Source: a virus | Taxonomy: Duplodnaviria; Caudoviricetes | DNA length: 64,000 nucleotides | Direction: 5' to 3' (one strand) | Virus record (IMG/VR): IMGVR_UViG_3300032167_000083 | Location: 24,662 to 88,661 of that record | Part shown: one piece after another, positions 39,496 through 49,658 of the stretch | Position numbering within the stretch: position 1 is the first letter of the stretch | Layout: every line of letters begins with the position of its first letter | Notes under the pieces: model-generated | Database searches by the model: none | The model's input: only the letters and a program-made list of their open reading frames with translations | What the model was told of the DNA's origin: nothing | Translations under genes and position numbers: made by a program

Positions 39496-40708
39496 TACAA
39501 CTAATATCATTGATAGTTCTATGAAAGTTAAAGCTCGTACTCCTAAAAATATGGTTATTGAGAATGAGTATTTGACTAAAATTCAACAAAAAATTAATTA
39601 TGAATGGAACTATCGGTACAATCACGTAGATATAGAGGAAGAGGATATTTTTGGGTCAGAAGAATATACTCCTATAGAAGTAGTTGTTCAATCAGTTTAT
39701 TCAGATACATTAAAAAAAGTAATGAGTGATGATTGGAAAAAATTAGTTTTTAGGAATATTAAACATCCTATTAAGTTAGGAAAAAGATATCGTTTTGAAA
39801 CATCTTATAATCCAGAAATTCCTATAGAACAAAAAAATATATGGATAACAGTTAATTATGATACTGTTAATCCTACTTGTGCAGTTGTTGTTAGAAAATG
39901 TGATAGTATTCTAACATTTGTAGAAAAAAATACAGGAGAAATACATTTTGAACCTGTAATATTAGAGAGTGAAACAAAAAATATTAATTTTTGGCGAGAT
40001 GAAACTATAGTTCTTGCACAAGGTGAAATTATTGCTATAATGCAATATAACGATTATACAAAAGGTATTAAAATTAATAATAGATTTTTTATTGGTGCTA
40101 CAGATATGAGAGATGAAGCAAATAATTGGATTTATAAAGTAAAAGCTGTAAGAAAATATCAAGGTGAAACCACATATGATGTCAATTCAGTTCCTTTAAT
40201 TACAGCAATTTTAGAAAAAGATGATTTAGGTGCTAAGGATGATAGATTAACAAGAGTCGCAGTTAATGCTCCTGTTTATTATAATGAGGATTTTAATAGT
40301 AATCAAAAAGAAGATCCAATTATTCCTCAACCTAACAATCCAGAAAATCCTGATAATTCTGAAGAACCAATAATTAAAAATAATTATCATATTGAAATAA
40401 TTGATAAAGATAGTAATCAACTGACTGATTATATACTTTTAAATGATACACAAGTATATTCTTGTTTTTTATATAATAATGATGAATTAATAACACAAGA
40501 TATAGAAATACAACACGATTTGTTATCCACTAATAATGATGTATACTATTATGATTTTGTAAAAATAGATGGGAATACATTTTCTATACATAATAAAAAA
40601 ATGTATTTGAAAGATCAATTACAAATTACTTGTAGTATAAATGATGAAAGATATCAAGACCAACCTATTGTAAAAGAATTTTTAATAAAGTTAGGTGGTG
40701 TTAGCTAA
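39467..40708 (+). CDS. head closure/neck protein (putative)
   Basis: Position; beta-rich; possible C-terminal Ig-like domain. Confidence 0.5.
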   Translation: MVILMGQIIDTTNIIDSSMKVKARTPKNMVIENEYLTKIQQKINYEWNYRYNHVDIEEEDIFGSEEYTPIEVVVQSVYSDTLKKVMSDDWKKLVFRNIKHPIKLGKRYRFETSYNPEIPIEQKNIWITVNYDTVNPTCAVVVRKCDSILTFVEKNTGEIHFEPVILESETKNINFWRDETIVLAQGEIIAIMQYNDYTKGIKINNRFFIGATDMRDEANNWIYKVKAVRKYQGETTYDVNSVPLITAILEKDDLGAKDDRLTRVAVNAPVYYNEDFNSNQKEDPIIPQPNNPENPDNSEEPIIKNNYHIEIIDKDSNQLTDYILLNDTQVYSCFLYNNDELITQDIEIQHDLLSTNNDVYYYDFVKIDGNTFSIHNKKMYLKDQLQITCSINDERYQDQPIVKEFLIKLGGVS

Positions 40709-41340
40709 TGTTAAATGAAACACGTTCTAAATTTAATAGATTTATTAATTTAGACAGTATAGAGGATAGAATAATTAATTATTTGATTTCAAGTAATACA
40801 GTTGAAGCAAATAGAATATGGAAAGTATTAAAATATTCGGATGTTGATGCACTTCTAAAGGCAGATTTAACTAAGGAAGAAAAATCATCATTGGTAGATA
40901 ATGGTTCTGCAGACCAATCAGAAAAAAGAGTCTTTAGATATCCTTATTTAGAAGATGCTTTTGTTGTAAAAAGTTCTATTTTAAGAATTTATATTGATAG
41001 TGTTGTTCCTGAGAACCATTTAGTTTCTAAGGTTAACATTGGTTTTGATTTGATATCAAATAATAAGATAAACAATTTATATAATGATGAAAATGATGAA
41101 TTTGAAAATCCTGACAAATATAAACCAAATGCTAATTCTGTGATGTTAAAATCACGAAATAGTGTTTTGTTAAGAAATTTATTATCAGAATTAAATGGTA
41201 AAGAAATTGAAGGTGTTGGAGTTTTACAATTCAATCAAGATTTATCAATGTTTTCTCAAGCACGTTTGGGATTTTTTAATAATCAGAATTATTCTGGTTA
41301 TAAAGTTTTAATGGCTTGTATGCAGTCTGGAGTTGATTAA
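40708..41340 (+). CDS. tail completion-like protein (putative)
   Basis: Position in the neck/tail operon. Confidence 0.45.
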   Translation: MLNETRSKFNRFINLDSIEDRIINYLISSNTVEANRIWKVLKYSDVDALLKADLTKEEKSSLVDNGSADQSEKRVFRYPYLEDAFVVKSSILRIYIDSVVPENHLVSKVNIGFDLISNNKINNLYNDENDEFENPDKYKPNANSVMLKSRNSVLLRNLLSELNGKEIEGVGVLQFNQDLSMFSQARLGFFNNQNYSGYKVLMACMQSGVD

Positions 41341-41342
41341 TT

Positions 41343-42296
41343 ATGGCACAATTAAAAAAAGCAGATAGACAAAATTTGATAAAATTTTATGAACAAATTT
41401 ATTTTACATATGATCAACCTGTTCCTTTTTTATCATTAAACGTATATCCAGTTCAAGTAAAGGATTATTATAAATTCTATGCTGCATTATATACTATAAA
41501 AATGGATAAAAATGAGGACATTGAGGGTATTTCAATGTCAAATTTAGGATATTTGTGTCATAAAATTGAAAATGATCAAAATGGTAAAGGGTTATATAAT
41601 CAACTTGTATCATTATTAGAGATTGTGTTTCATATTGAAAATGGATTAGTTTGTCCATTGTGTAAAGATAAAATTACTTTTGATGAAATAGAAAAAAAAA
41701 TGAAAACAATTGGCATGATTCAAAATCAAGAAGATCGGGAAAAAGCTTTAAGAACATATATTAAAGCTATTGATTGTTGTAAAAATTGTAGTACTGAAGA
41801 TAATGTTGTACAAAGAGAACAAATAATTCAAATTAGTAAAAAAAATGGAAAACCTATATTAACAGTAGATGGGGTAGATATTGATAAAAATAATTATGAT
41901 TTGTTAAGAGATATTATTTTGTATTATAATCTACCAGATCATGATGATGAATATATAGACCCAGAATTAAAAAAAGAATTAGAAGAAGTTGCAAGATTAA
42001 AAAATCCAAATGCAGTTCAACCTTCTTTGGAAAAACAAATGTCTTGTATTATTTCAGCAACAGGTTCTTATACTTATGAAAGTTTGCAACAAATTACAAT
42101 TAGAAAATTAGTTCTTTTATTAAGAACAATTGATGCAAGGTTACATTATTTTGCTTATCGTCAAGGTGAGATGAGTGGAATGGTCAAGTTTGAAAAAGAG
42201 CTTGATCATTGGATTTATAGTTCTGAAAAGAAAAATAAATATGAAGATATTATGTCTCTTGATACACTTAAGAATAAGCTTAAAGATGTGACATAA
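41343..42296 (+). CDS. tail-region protein with CxxC pairs
   Basis: 317 aa; CPLC and CKNC. Confidence 0.6.
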   Translation: MAQLKKADRQNLIKFYEQIYFTYDQPVPFLSLNVYPVQVKDYYKFYAALYTIKMDKNEDIEGISMSNLGYLCHKIENDQNGKGLYNQLVSLLEIVFHIENGLVCPLCKDKITFDEIEKKMKTIGMIQNQEDREKALRTYIKAIDCCKNCSTEDNVVQREQIIQISKKNGKPILTVDGVDIDKNNYDLLRDIILYYNLPDHDDEYIDPELKKELEEVARLKNPNAVQPSLEKQMSCIISATGSYTYESLQQITIRKLVLLLRTIDARLHYFAYRQGEMSGMVKFEKELDHWIYSSEKKNKYEDIMSLDTLKNKLKDVT

Positions 42297-42302
42297 TAAA
42301 AA

Positions 42303-43370
42303 ATGAGAGGGGTGATGTATTCAATGTATTTTTTAGCAGGTGTGGCAGATGCTGAAATTTTCAAAGGAACAGAATCTTTCGCTACAGCAAAAACATTAAT
42401 AGACAGTTCTATCACAATAGGAGTATCAGCAGAAGATATTCGTGCAGGTAAAGGTGCTAAGTTATACGGAAAATATTTTCACACTTCAACATTCGATCTT
42501 AAATTATCAGATGCTATGTTCAAGTTAGAATACATAGCTGCAAATGTTGGTGCAGAGCTTGAGTTAGGTGGAGACGTATTTAGAATGGAAGAGGTTAAAG
42601 TAACTGCTGATGATCGTGATGTTACATTAGCAGATGCTCCTGTAGCTTTGAATGCAGGTGGAGATATCTATGTTTACTACAAGAAGGATACAGAGGAATA
42701 CTTCAAGTCAGTAAAGCATGCAGCAGATACAAAAGAATTCAATGTTCCAGGAACAGACGAGGGAACATATTGTGTAAAATATTTATACACAAATGATTCA
42801 GCACGTAAGGTAGTAATTAATGCTAACTTTATTCCTGATACACTTTCAATTTATTTAACAGCTAATTTATACGCAGGTGATGCAAATAACATCAGCACAG
42901 GAACAAGAGTAGGAACAGTAACAATAAAAGTTCCAAGATTCTTACTTTCAGGTTCACAAGAGATAGCAATGTCAATGACAGGTGCAGCAAATACACCACT
43001 TGAGGGTTCAGCATTAGCAACAAAAGGTGAAGGTTGTGATGGTGAAGGTATCTATGCAGAGATCATTGAGGTAATTGAGGGCAGAACATGGAAAGATATG
43101 GAAACAATCATTATTGATGGTGCTGCTGAGGGTATTGAAGCTAACGTTGGTGAAGAAATTGAAATTAAAGTATATGGAAGATATGCTGATTCTGCTCCAA
43201 TGTTGTTAGATGCAGAAAAATACACTGTTACAGGTGATGGTACAGTTGTTACTGTTGCAGAAGGAGTTATTACTGCTGCTGAAGCAGGTGAAAATGGTAA
43301 AATTACTGTAACATTGAACAATGGAAAGAATGACGTTACTTCAGAAGCTGTAGTAACTGTAATTGCTTAA
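42303..43370 (+). CDS. major tail (tube) protein with C-terminal Ig-like domain (putative)
   Basis: Ala/Gly/Thr-rich, beta-rich; C-terminal VVTVAEGVITA..G..ITVT. Confidence 0.7.
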   Translation: MRGVMYSMYFLAGVADAEIFKGTESFATAKTLIDSSITIGVSAEDIRAGKGAKLYGKYFHTSTFDLKLSDAMFKLEYIAANVGAELELGGDVFRMEEVKVTADDRDVTLADAPVALNAGGDIYVYYKKDTEEYFKSVKHAADTKEFNVPGTDEGTYCVKYLYTNDSARKVVINANFIPDTLSIYLTANLYAGDANNISTGTRVGTVTIKVPRFLLSGSQEIAMSMTGAANTPLEGSALATKGEGCDGEGIYAEIIEVIEGRTWKDMETIIIDGAAEGIEANVGEEIEIKVYGRYADSAPMLLDAEKYTVTGDGTVVTVAEGVITAAEAGENGKITVTLNNGKNDVTSEAVVTVIA

Positions 43371-43381
43371 TTTAGATTAAA

Positions 43382-43810
43382 ATGAGTAAATTGCTATGCA
43401 ATTATGCAGAACGAACACAAGGGAAAGCGTTAAATTGTAAAATAAGTGGAACAGGGTGCAGATACATGTCGTACTGCACCCAAGACCATTTATATTGGTG
43501 TTCTAAAGATTATACAAAATGCGAAAGGAGGAAATTGGGAATGGTAGAGAATCAAAATTATAATGAGAATTATAAAAAATCAAAGAAGTACAATAAGTAC
43601 AACAAAGAACGTAATGTTGAGAAGACCAACACAGAAGTTGAAGTGGAAGTTGTTGAAAATGAAGTAACTGAAACAATTGCTGAAGTTAAGGAAGTTGAAA
43701 CAGCTCCTATAGTTGAAGCTACTCCTGTAGAAGTAGTTGTAGAACCGAAGAAAGTAGCTGTTCCGACTCCTAAAAAGACAGTAAGAAGAAAAGGTAGAAT
43801 AATTTATTAA
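43382..43810 (+). CDS. hypothetical protein (Cys-rich N-terminus, Glu/Val-rich linker)
   Basis: 142 aa ORF. Confidence 0.55.
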   Translation: MSKLLCNYAERTQGKALNCKISGTGCRYMSYCTQDHLYWCSKDYTKCERRKLGMVENQNYNENYKKSKKYNKYNKERNVEKTNTEVEVEVVENEVTETIAEVKEVETAPIVEATPVEVVVEPKKVAVPTPKKTVRRKGRIIY

Positions 43811-43822
43811 TCTACTAAGAAT

Positions 43823-43862
43823 TAAGGGTAGACTATACAAAAGTATAGTTTATCCTTTTTTT
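43823..43862 (+). terminator. intrinsic terminator
   Basis: AAGGGTAGACTATAC-aaaa-GTATAGTTTATCCTT + T-run. Confidence 0.75.
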
Positions 43863-43959
43863 ATATAGAATAAAATTTGGTTTTTATTAGGTGCTTTTTA
43901 AAACCCAAGGAATATAAGGGGTTTAAGGGTGCGATTTTTTGACGAATTGAGGGATTTTT

Positions 43960-45384
43960 GTGAGCAAGAAAAAAGATAAGATAAAAGTAAGCTTTTGTGG
44001 CAATAATGCTATGCAAGTCACTGGTTCTTGTACTCATATTGAGATGAATGATAAACAAATTTTACTTGAGTGTGGATTATCTCAAGGTAAAACTATTTTA
44101 GAAGATTATCGAAATAATATTAAAAAATTTGATTTTAATCCTGCTAAAATAGACTATGTGTTTATCGGACATGGACATATAGATCATACAGGTTTACTTC
44201 CAAGATTGGTTAAAGAAGGTTTTCAAGGAAAAATTATAGTTCCCAAGGGGAATAAAGAAATTATTTATGAGCTATGTAAAGATTGTGCTTTTATTATGTT
44301 CAAAGATTGTGAATCTTTGAGAAAAAAATATAAAGGAAAAAGTTTTGTTCTTGCTTATGAACAAGAACATGTTGAGCTTTTGAAAGATTATATATGTGAA
44401 TATGATTTTAATGAAAAAATTGAATTGGATGAAAATGTTTCTTTTTGTTTTCGTCAAAGTCAACATATTGTATGTTCTGCTCAATTAGAACTTTGGTTGT
44501 CTCAAAATAACCATACAAAGAAAATTGTATATACAAGTGATTTAGGCAATATTTCTATGCATAATAATTTTGTAAGACCAATAGAAAAAATACAAAAAGC
44601 AAATCTTTGGATTGGTGAAGCTACGTATGGAGAAAAAGCCAAACCATTAACTAAAAAAGTACGAGAAAAAGATTTGGAAAAAATTAGATGTGTTATAGAT
44701 CAATGTGTAGAAAACCATTCATCTTGTTTGATGCCAACTTTTTCATTACATAGAACACAAGAAATGATTACAGAATTATACAAAATGTATAAAAATGAAA
44801 AAGATTTAGCAATTGATTTTATTATTGCTTCTCCTTTAGCAAATAAGATGTGTGATATATTTTTAAATATATTAGAGGGAGAACAAAAAGAATTATTTAA
44901 GGAAGTTATGAATTGGAATAGATTGATAAGAATTAAAGAATATGATAAAGTTATTGAATATTTGCATGATAAACAACCACACGTTTGGTTGGCTTCATCA
45001 GGATTTATGACAGCAGGATATTCTCGTACAATTTGTTCTTATTTATTGGGTAATTCCAAAAATACAATAATTTTATCTGGATATGCTCCAGAAGGTAGTT
45101 TATCAGAAAAGATTAAATCAGGTAAACAAAAAACTATCACTATAGATGATAAAGTATGTAGAAATTTGGCTTCTGCTGTAGTTTTACGTAGTTATTCATC
45201 ACATATGCAATATACAGATTTATTAGATTATTATTCAGATACTTTTGTAGAAAAGATTTGTATAGTACATTCTGATAAAGATGATAAAGTTTCTTTTTGT
45301 AAAGAATTACAAGAAGAATTAACAAAAAAAAATAAAACTCAAAGAGTAATTTGTGTTACAAATGGCACAAACATTAATTTATAA
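43960..45384 (+). CDS. metallo-beta-lactamase/beta-CASP nuclease
   Basis: VTGSC, HGHIDHTG, SDLG, EATYG, RTQE, SSH motifs. Confidence 0.9.
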   Translation: MSKKKDKIKVSFCGNNAMQVTGSCTHIEMNDKQILLECGLSQGKTILEDYRNNIKKFDFNPAKIDYVFIGHGHIDHTGLLPRLVKEGFQGKIIVPKGNKEIIYELCKDCAFIMFKDCESLRKKYKGKSFVLAYEQEHVELLKDYICEYDFNEKIELDENVSFCFRQSQHIVCSAQLELWLSQNNHTKKIVYTSDLGNISMHNNFVRPIEKIQKANLWIGEATYGEKAKPLTKKVREKDLEKIRCVIDQCVENHSSCLMPTFSLHRTQEMITELYKMYKNEKDLAIDFIIASPLANKMCDIFLNILEGEQKELFKEVMNWNRLIRIKEYDKVIEYLHDKQPHVWLASSGFMTAGYSRTICSYLLGNSKNTIILSGYAPEGSLSEKIKSGKQKTITIDDKVCRNLASAVVLRSYSSHMQYTDLLDYYSDTFVEKICIVHSDKDDKVSFCKELQEELTKKNKTQRVICVTNGTNINL

Positions 45385-45414
45385 AATATTAAAGTTTTTA
45401 AGGAGATTAAAGCT

Positions 45415-46074
45415 ATGAAAAATAAAAGAGGATTTGAAGATTTTATGACAATAATGCTTCCTGATATGGAAGGCTTAGAAAATATGAAATTACCATCTAT
45501 TGAACTATATAACGATTGGTTGGATTTTATAGAGAGAAAAATATATCTTAATTTTGAAATTGGACCTATGTTAGAAAGTTTAGAAAAATACATTTTAAGA
45601 TGGAATAAAGAAGATGAAGATGATAAGGTTGAACAAGAAAATAGACAACCTATTAATATATATATAAATTCACCTGGAGGTAGTTTACAGGATTGTCTCA
45701 CTTTCATTGATATTTTAAAGATGTCAAAAACTCCAATTCGGTTAATATGTAGATCTTCTGCTTTGTCTGCAGGAGCACTTATTTTTATGTGTAAGGGAGA
45801 AAATATAACACGATTAATTCTTCCACATGGTACAGTTTTAATTCATCAAGGTAGCATTAATGCAGGAGATGCACAAACTCATGCTTTTTTGGATACTGCT
45901 GATAATGTAAAGAAAACTGAAGCAAAAGTAAAAGAATATGTTCTTGCAAATACGACAATATCTAAACAGTTATACTCACGTAATCTAAAAAAAGAATGGT
46001 GGATTGATGCAGAAGAAGCTGTTCAATTGGGGATTGCTGATAAAATTATAACTGATATTTCAGAATTGATGTGA
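45415..46074 (+). CDS. clpP: ClpP-family protease
   Basis: IYINSPGG, ALSAG, LIHQ, W.DAEEA..LGIADKI. Confidence 0.88.
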   Translation: MKNKRGFEDFMTIMLPDMEGLENMKLPSIELYNDWLDFIERKIYLNFEIGPMLESLEKYILRWNKEDEDDKVEQENRQPINIYINSPGGSLQDCLTFIDILKMSKTPIRLICRSSALSAGALIFMCKGENITRLILPHGTVLIHQGSINAGDAQTHAFLDTADNVKKTEAKVKEYVLANTTISKQLYSRNLKKEWWIDAEEAVQLGIADKIITDISELM

Positions 46075-46421
46075 GGTATGATATGAGATCAAATAATTAT
46101 CAAAAGAATTACAATACAGGTAATCAACATTTTAATAATAAGAAGAAAAATTTTAATAATAAAGATAAACAATTTGGTACAAATAATAAAACTTTTGATA
46201 AAAAAAAGAATTCTTTTAATAATTCGGGATTCAATAATATGTCAAAAGATGATGAAGAAAAAAAATTAGTTTCTCATAAAAGAGAACAAAAGAAAGAAAA
46301 TTCTTTATTTGAAACAACTGAATTTTTTGATAGAGTTCAAGAAAAAGAAAAAGCAAATCAACGTAGAAAAAATAAAGAAAGAGATCGGAAAAAAAACAAT
46401 CGTGATTGGGATTGGGATTAA
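46071..46421 (+). CDS. low-complexity N/K-rich protein
   Basis: 116 aa ORF. Confidence 0.55.
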   Translation: MRYDMRSNNYQKNYNTGNQHFNNKKKNFNNKDKQFGTNNKTFDKKKNSFNNSGFNNMSKDDEEKKLVSHKREQKKENSLFETTEFFDRVQEKEKANQRRKNKERDRKKNNRDWDWD

Positions 46422-46426
46422 TGATA

Positions 46427-46457
46427 AGAGGGGCTATTGTAGTCCCTCTATTGTTTT
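46427..46457 (+). terminator. intrinsic terminator
   Basis: AGAGGGGCTA-ttg-TAGTCCCTCT. Confidence 0.6.
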
Positions 46458-46521
46458 AAGTATATTTAGAAATAGATGTATTTAAAAGAATAATAAAAGG
46501 GAACGAAAGGAATGTAGGGAG

Positions 46522-47070
46522 ATGGCTAATAATTTAGGAAAAGTTTTTGAAAGAAACTTTGGAGATTCATCTAAGAAGGATGGGTTTTTTACATATAGAA
46601 TAAAGGATACAGATTTATCTTTTAATGGAAATTCTGTGTCTTCTTTTACTCATACGAATTTATGCGATTATTTTATTTTTGCTAATGTTATCAATGGTTT
46701 AGGTAATTTATTTTGTATAGAATGTAAAAGCACAAAATATTCTTCTATATCAATTGAAACAGAACCTGAAAAGAATGAAAATAAGATGATTAAGGCTCAT
46801 CAATTAGAGGGACTTATTGAAGTTTCTTTAAATGATGGTATGTATGGTGGTTTTGTATTGAATTTTAGAGATGAAGAAAAAAATACTGAAGAAACTTATT
46901 ATATGAGTGCAAAAGATATGAGTATTTTTTTAGATGAAACTCATAAGAAATCTATTAATAAATTAGATTGCAAGTTAAGAGGAATTAAAATTAATCAAAA
47001 ATTAAAAAGAAAATATTATGATTATGATGTAAAAACATTAATAGATGATATCGTGAAGAAAGGAGATTGA
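46522..47070 (+). CDS. recU: RecU-like Holliday junction resolvase
   Basis: N.GK.FE, CDY, IECKST, IK.HQ motifs. Confidence 0.8.
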   Translation: MANNLGKVFERNFGDSSKKDGFFTYRIKDTDLSFNGNSVSSFTHTNLCDYFIFANVINGLGNLFCIECKSTKYSSISIETEPEKNENKMIKAHQLEGLIEVSLNDGMYGGFVLNFRDEEKNTEETYYMSAKDMSIFLDETHKKSINKLDCKLRGIKINQKLKRKYYDYDVKTLIDDIVKKGD

Positions 47071-48122
47071 TTGGAGTGGCAAGAAAAACATATAGAAAAA
47101 AGATTACAGATCCAGAGGTGTTAGAACAAATAAATCCGAAAAATATTAAATTAATGAATTTATTTATAAAAGATAAAGATAGAAAATGTAGTGATGCTAC
47201 TATAAAGGTTTATAAATCTAATTTAAATATATTTTTTTGTTGGAATGTATTATATAATGATAATAAATATTATCCAGATATAAAAAAAGTTGAGTTAAGT
47301 GAATTTTTTGATTTTTTAGTAAATGATTTAAAAATACAAGGAAAAAGATTTTCTCATCATAGATCAACTTTGAGTGGTTTATCTGATATAGTTATAAAAT
47401 ATTATGATGAAGATTATCCTTCTTTTAGAAATTTTGTTAATACTATTATAGAGCCAATTCCAAAAGATGCAGTTAGAGAAAAAACAATTTTAAGTGATGA
47501 AGAAGTTGATTTAATTTTTGAAGTTTTACAACAACAAAATAAAATACAAGAGTTGTGTTGTTTTGCATTAGCTTTATATTCTGGAGCTAGAATTGCAGAA
47601 TTAGAACAATTTACAGTAGATATGATTGATAGGGAGAAGAGTTTATCTTTTGGTGGAGTTGCTTTGCAGACAACAAAAAAAATTAGAACTAAAGGTTTTG
47701 GAAAACAAGGAAAAGTCATGCACAAACATATTGTCAAAGATTTATTTCTTCCTTATTTTGATACGTGGGTAGCGGAAAGAAAAAAGATAATTGAAGATTT
47801 AGGTGTTGAAGATCATGGTTTTTTGTTTATAAAAAACAATGGAAAAAAAGCAACGCAAACTGTAATACGAAATTGGGCAGAAAAATGGAGTAAAATAGTT
47901 GACAAACCCATATATTTACATTGTCTAAGGCATAATTTGTGTAGTTATTTTACGAAATTAGGACTAGGAAGGGATTTTATAATTGCTTTCTTCGGTTGGA
48001 GCACAGCAGAGATGTATGATATCTACAATGATTGCGAAAATGAAGATTTAGAATGGAAAGATGCTGCAAAATTACAAAGTATAATAGATAATAAATTACA
48101 AGAAGATGATTATGATGATTAA
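47067..48122 (+). CDS. tyrosine recombinase/integrase family protein
   Basis: SGARIAEL, TKG, HCLRH, GWS...Y catalytic residues. Confidence 0.88.
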   Translation: MIGVARKTYRKKITDPEVLEQINPKNIKLMNLFIKDKDRKCSDATIKVYKSNLNIFFCWNVLYNDNKYYPDIKKVELSEFFDFLVNDLKIQGKRFSHHRSTLSGLSDIVIKYYDEDYPSFRNFVNTIIEPIPKDAVREKTILSDEEVDLIFEVLQQQNKIQELCCFALALYSGARIAELEQFTVDMIDREKSLSFGGVALQTTKKIRTKGFGKQGKVMHKHIVKDLFLPYFDTWVAERKKIIEDLGVEDHGFLFIKNNGKKATQTVIRNWAEKWSKIVDKPIYLHCLRHNLCSYFTKLGLGRDFIIAFFGWSTAEMYDIYNDCENEDLEWKDAAKLQSIIDNKLQEDDYDD

Positions 48123-48277
48123 AAAGGAGAATTAAAATATATTATAGATAATAGAGGTAAGAAAAAAGTTTATTATAAAACAAAGGATGATACAAAATGA
48201 ATATAATTAATAGTTTATTTGAATTAATTTTTAAGCGAATTAAAGTACATATATAAAAATTAAAAGAGGGGGACGTG

Positions 48278-48420
48278 AACAAATGGATAAAAAGAGAATA
48301 CATGATTTGGAGCTTTTATCAGATTTGTCGGAAATTACAGAGTCTGATTATTTAATTATAGATGATGAAAATGAAACAACTTCAAAGAAAATATCTGCTT
48401 TGATGTTAAAAGATGCATTA
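48278..48420 (+). repeat. direct repeat (shared 5' gene module), copy A
   Basis: Near-identical to 51671..51813 (MDKKRIHDLELLSDLSEITE...). Confidence 0.85.
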
Positions 48421-49317
48421 ACAAAACCTATTATTTCTCCTGAAGTTGCTCAAATTGGACAAACAATCGTTGTTAAAGAAATCGACACTAAGGGAAAACC
48501 TATAGTTTGGGAGGCTATAAATTTACCTGATAATAATATAAACTATATAGAAACAGACCCAACTGTTCCTGAATGGGCAAAGCAACCCTATAAGCCTGAA
48601 TACACAGCAGAGGAGGTCGGAGCATTGCCTGATGATACTGAGATACCGAGCCTCGAGGGGTTAGCAACGGAAAGATATGTTAACGATAAAATTTCAGAAA
48701 TAAAGATACCTGAAATAGATTTGAGCGGATATTCAACAGAGAAATATGTCGATGATGCTGTTGCTGACAAAATTACAATACCTACAAGTGCCGAAATCGG
48801 ACAAACCATTGTAGTATCTGAAGTTGATGAAAATGGAAAGCCAACAAAATGGGAGAGTGTGGATTTATCTAAGAATGACAATACAGAGTGGAAGTTATTG
48901 AAAGCGATTGAATTATCAGAGGATACGGCATCAATTTACTTTGATATTGATGACGAAGGAAACAGTTTTGAATGCAAAGAAATATTTTTCCGTGGTCGCA
49001 CCACGGCTGCAGACGGAACAACCACAACTTTAAATATTAAGTTTAACACTCAAAATGCAGGAGACCCGTTTTTCCACGGTAATAGTATTGTTAAAAATGA
49101 TGGTTCGGATTATGCTATTTACGCACAAATTTTAGGTGAAAAGGTTAGTTTTCTCCACGGAACATCGAATGCAGGTGTAACTAATGTAAACACTTTGATG
49201 ACATATGGACGAAATCATACAAAAATCACAATCGAAAAAATAACCTCCGTAGTTCTTGCTACAGGTTCTGGTGGAGGTTTTGCATCTGGTAGTACATTTT
49301 ATGTATATGGGAGGTAG
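48283..49317 (+). CDS. tail fibre/appendage-like protein
   Basis: ETDPTVPEWAK..KP.YTA.EVGALP, LATE.YV, internal repeat IGQTIVV..GKP..WE. Confidence 0.65.
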   Translation: MDKKRIHDLELLSDLSEITESDYLIIDDENETTSKKISALMLKDALTKPIISPEVAQIGQTIVVKEIDTKGKPIVWEAINLPDNNINYIETDPTVPEWAKQPYKPEYTAEEVGALPDDTEIPSLEGLATERYVNDKISEIKIPEIDLSGYSTEKYVDDAVADKITIPTSAEIGQTIVVSEVDENGKPTKWESVDLSKNDNTEWKLLKAIELSEDTASIYFDIDDEGNSFECKEIFFRGRTTAADGTTTTLNIKFNTQNAGDPFFHGNSIVKNDGSDYAIYAQILGEKVSFLHGTSNAGVTNVNTLMTYGRNHTKITIEKITSVVLATGSGGGFASGSTFYVYGR

Positions 49318-49322
49318 TTGTT

Positions 49323-49592
49323 ATGAGAGTTTATGAAAATGGAAAATATCGTGATATGACCGATGAAGAGATCGCTGAAATGCAAGAACAACAGGAAAAA
49401 TCAGAGCGTGAATATTGGAATAGTATTTCTTATGATGATGCTGTTAACAACGAGATACGTAAGAGATATAGTGAATCGCAGGAGTTTGCAATACTTAGAC
49501 AAAAAGATGAAAAACCTGAGGAATATGCAGAATACTATGAATATTGTGAACAATGCAAAAGTTATGTAAAAACATATCAATCAGGGGTTTAA
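49323..49592 (+). CDS. small fibre-associated protein (putative)
   Basis: 89 aa, GGGAGG RBS, follows the fibre gene. Confidence 0.6.
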   Translation: MRVYENGKYRDMTDEEIAEMQEQQEKSEREYWNSISYDDAVNNEIRKRYSESQEFAILRQKDEKPEEYAEYYEYCEQCKSYVKTYQSGV

Positions 49593-49658
49593 AATATTTT
49601 TTATACCTTGATTATACAATTTTAAAAATAATAAGAATATAGAAAGGGAGAGATACAT

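Noticed and set aside
47067-48122. Tyrosine recombinase as a prophage integrase marking an att boundary
   Set aside because: Phage structural genes continue on both sides; no host genes or att repeat were seen.
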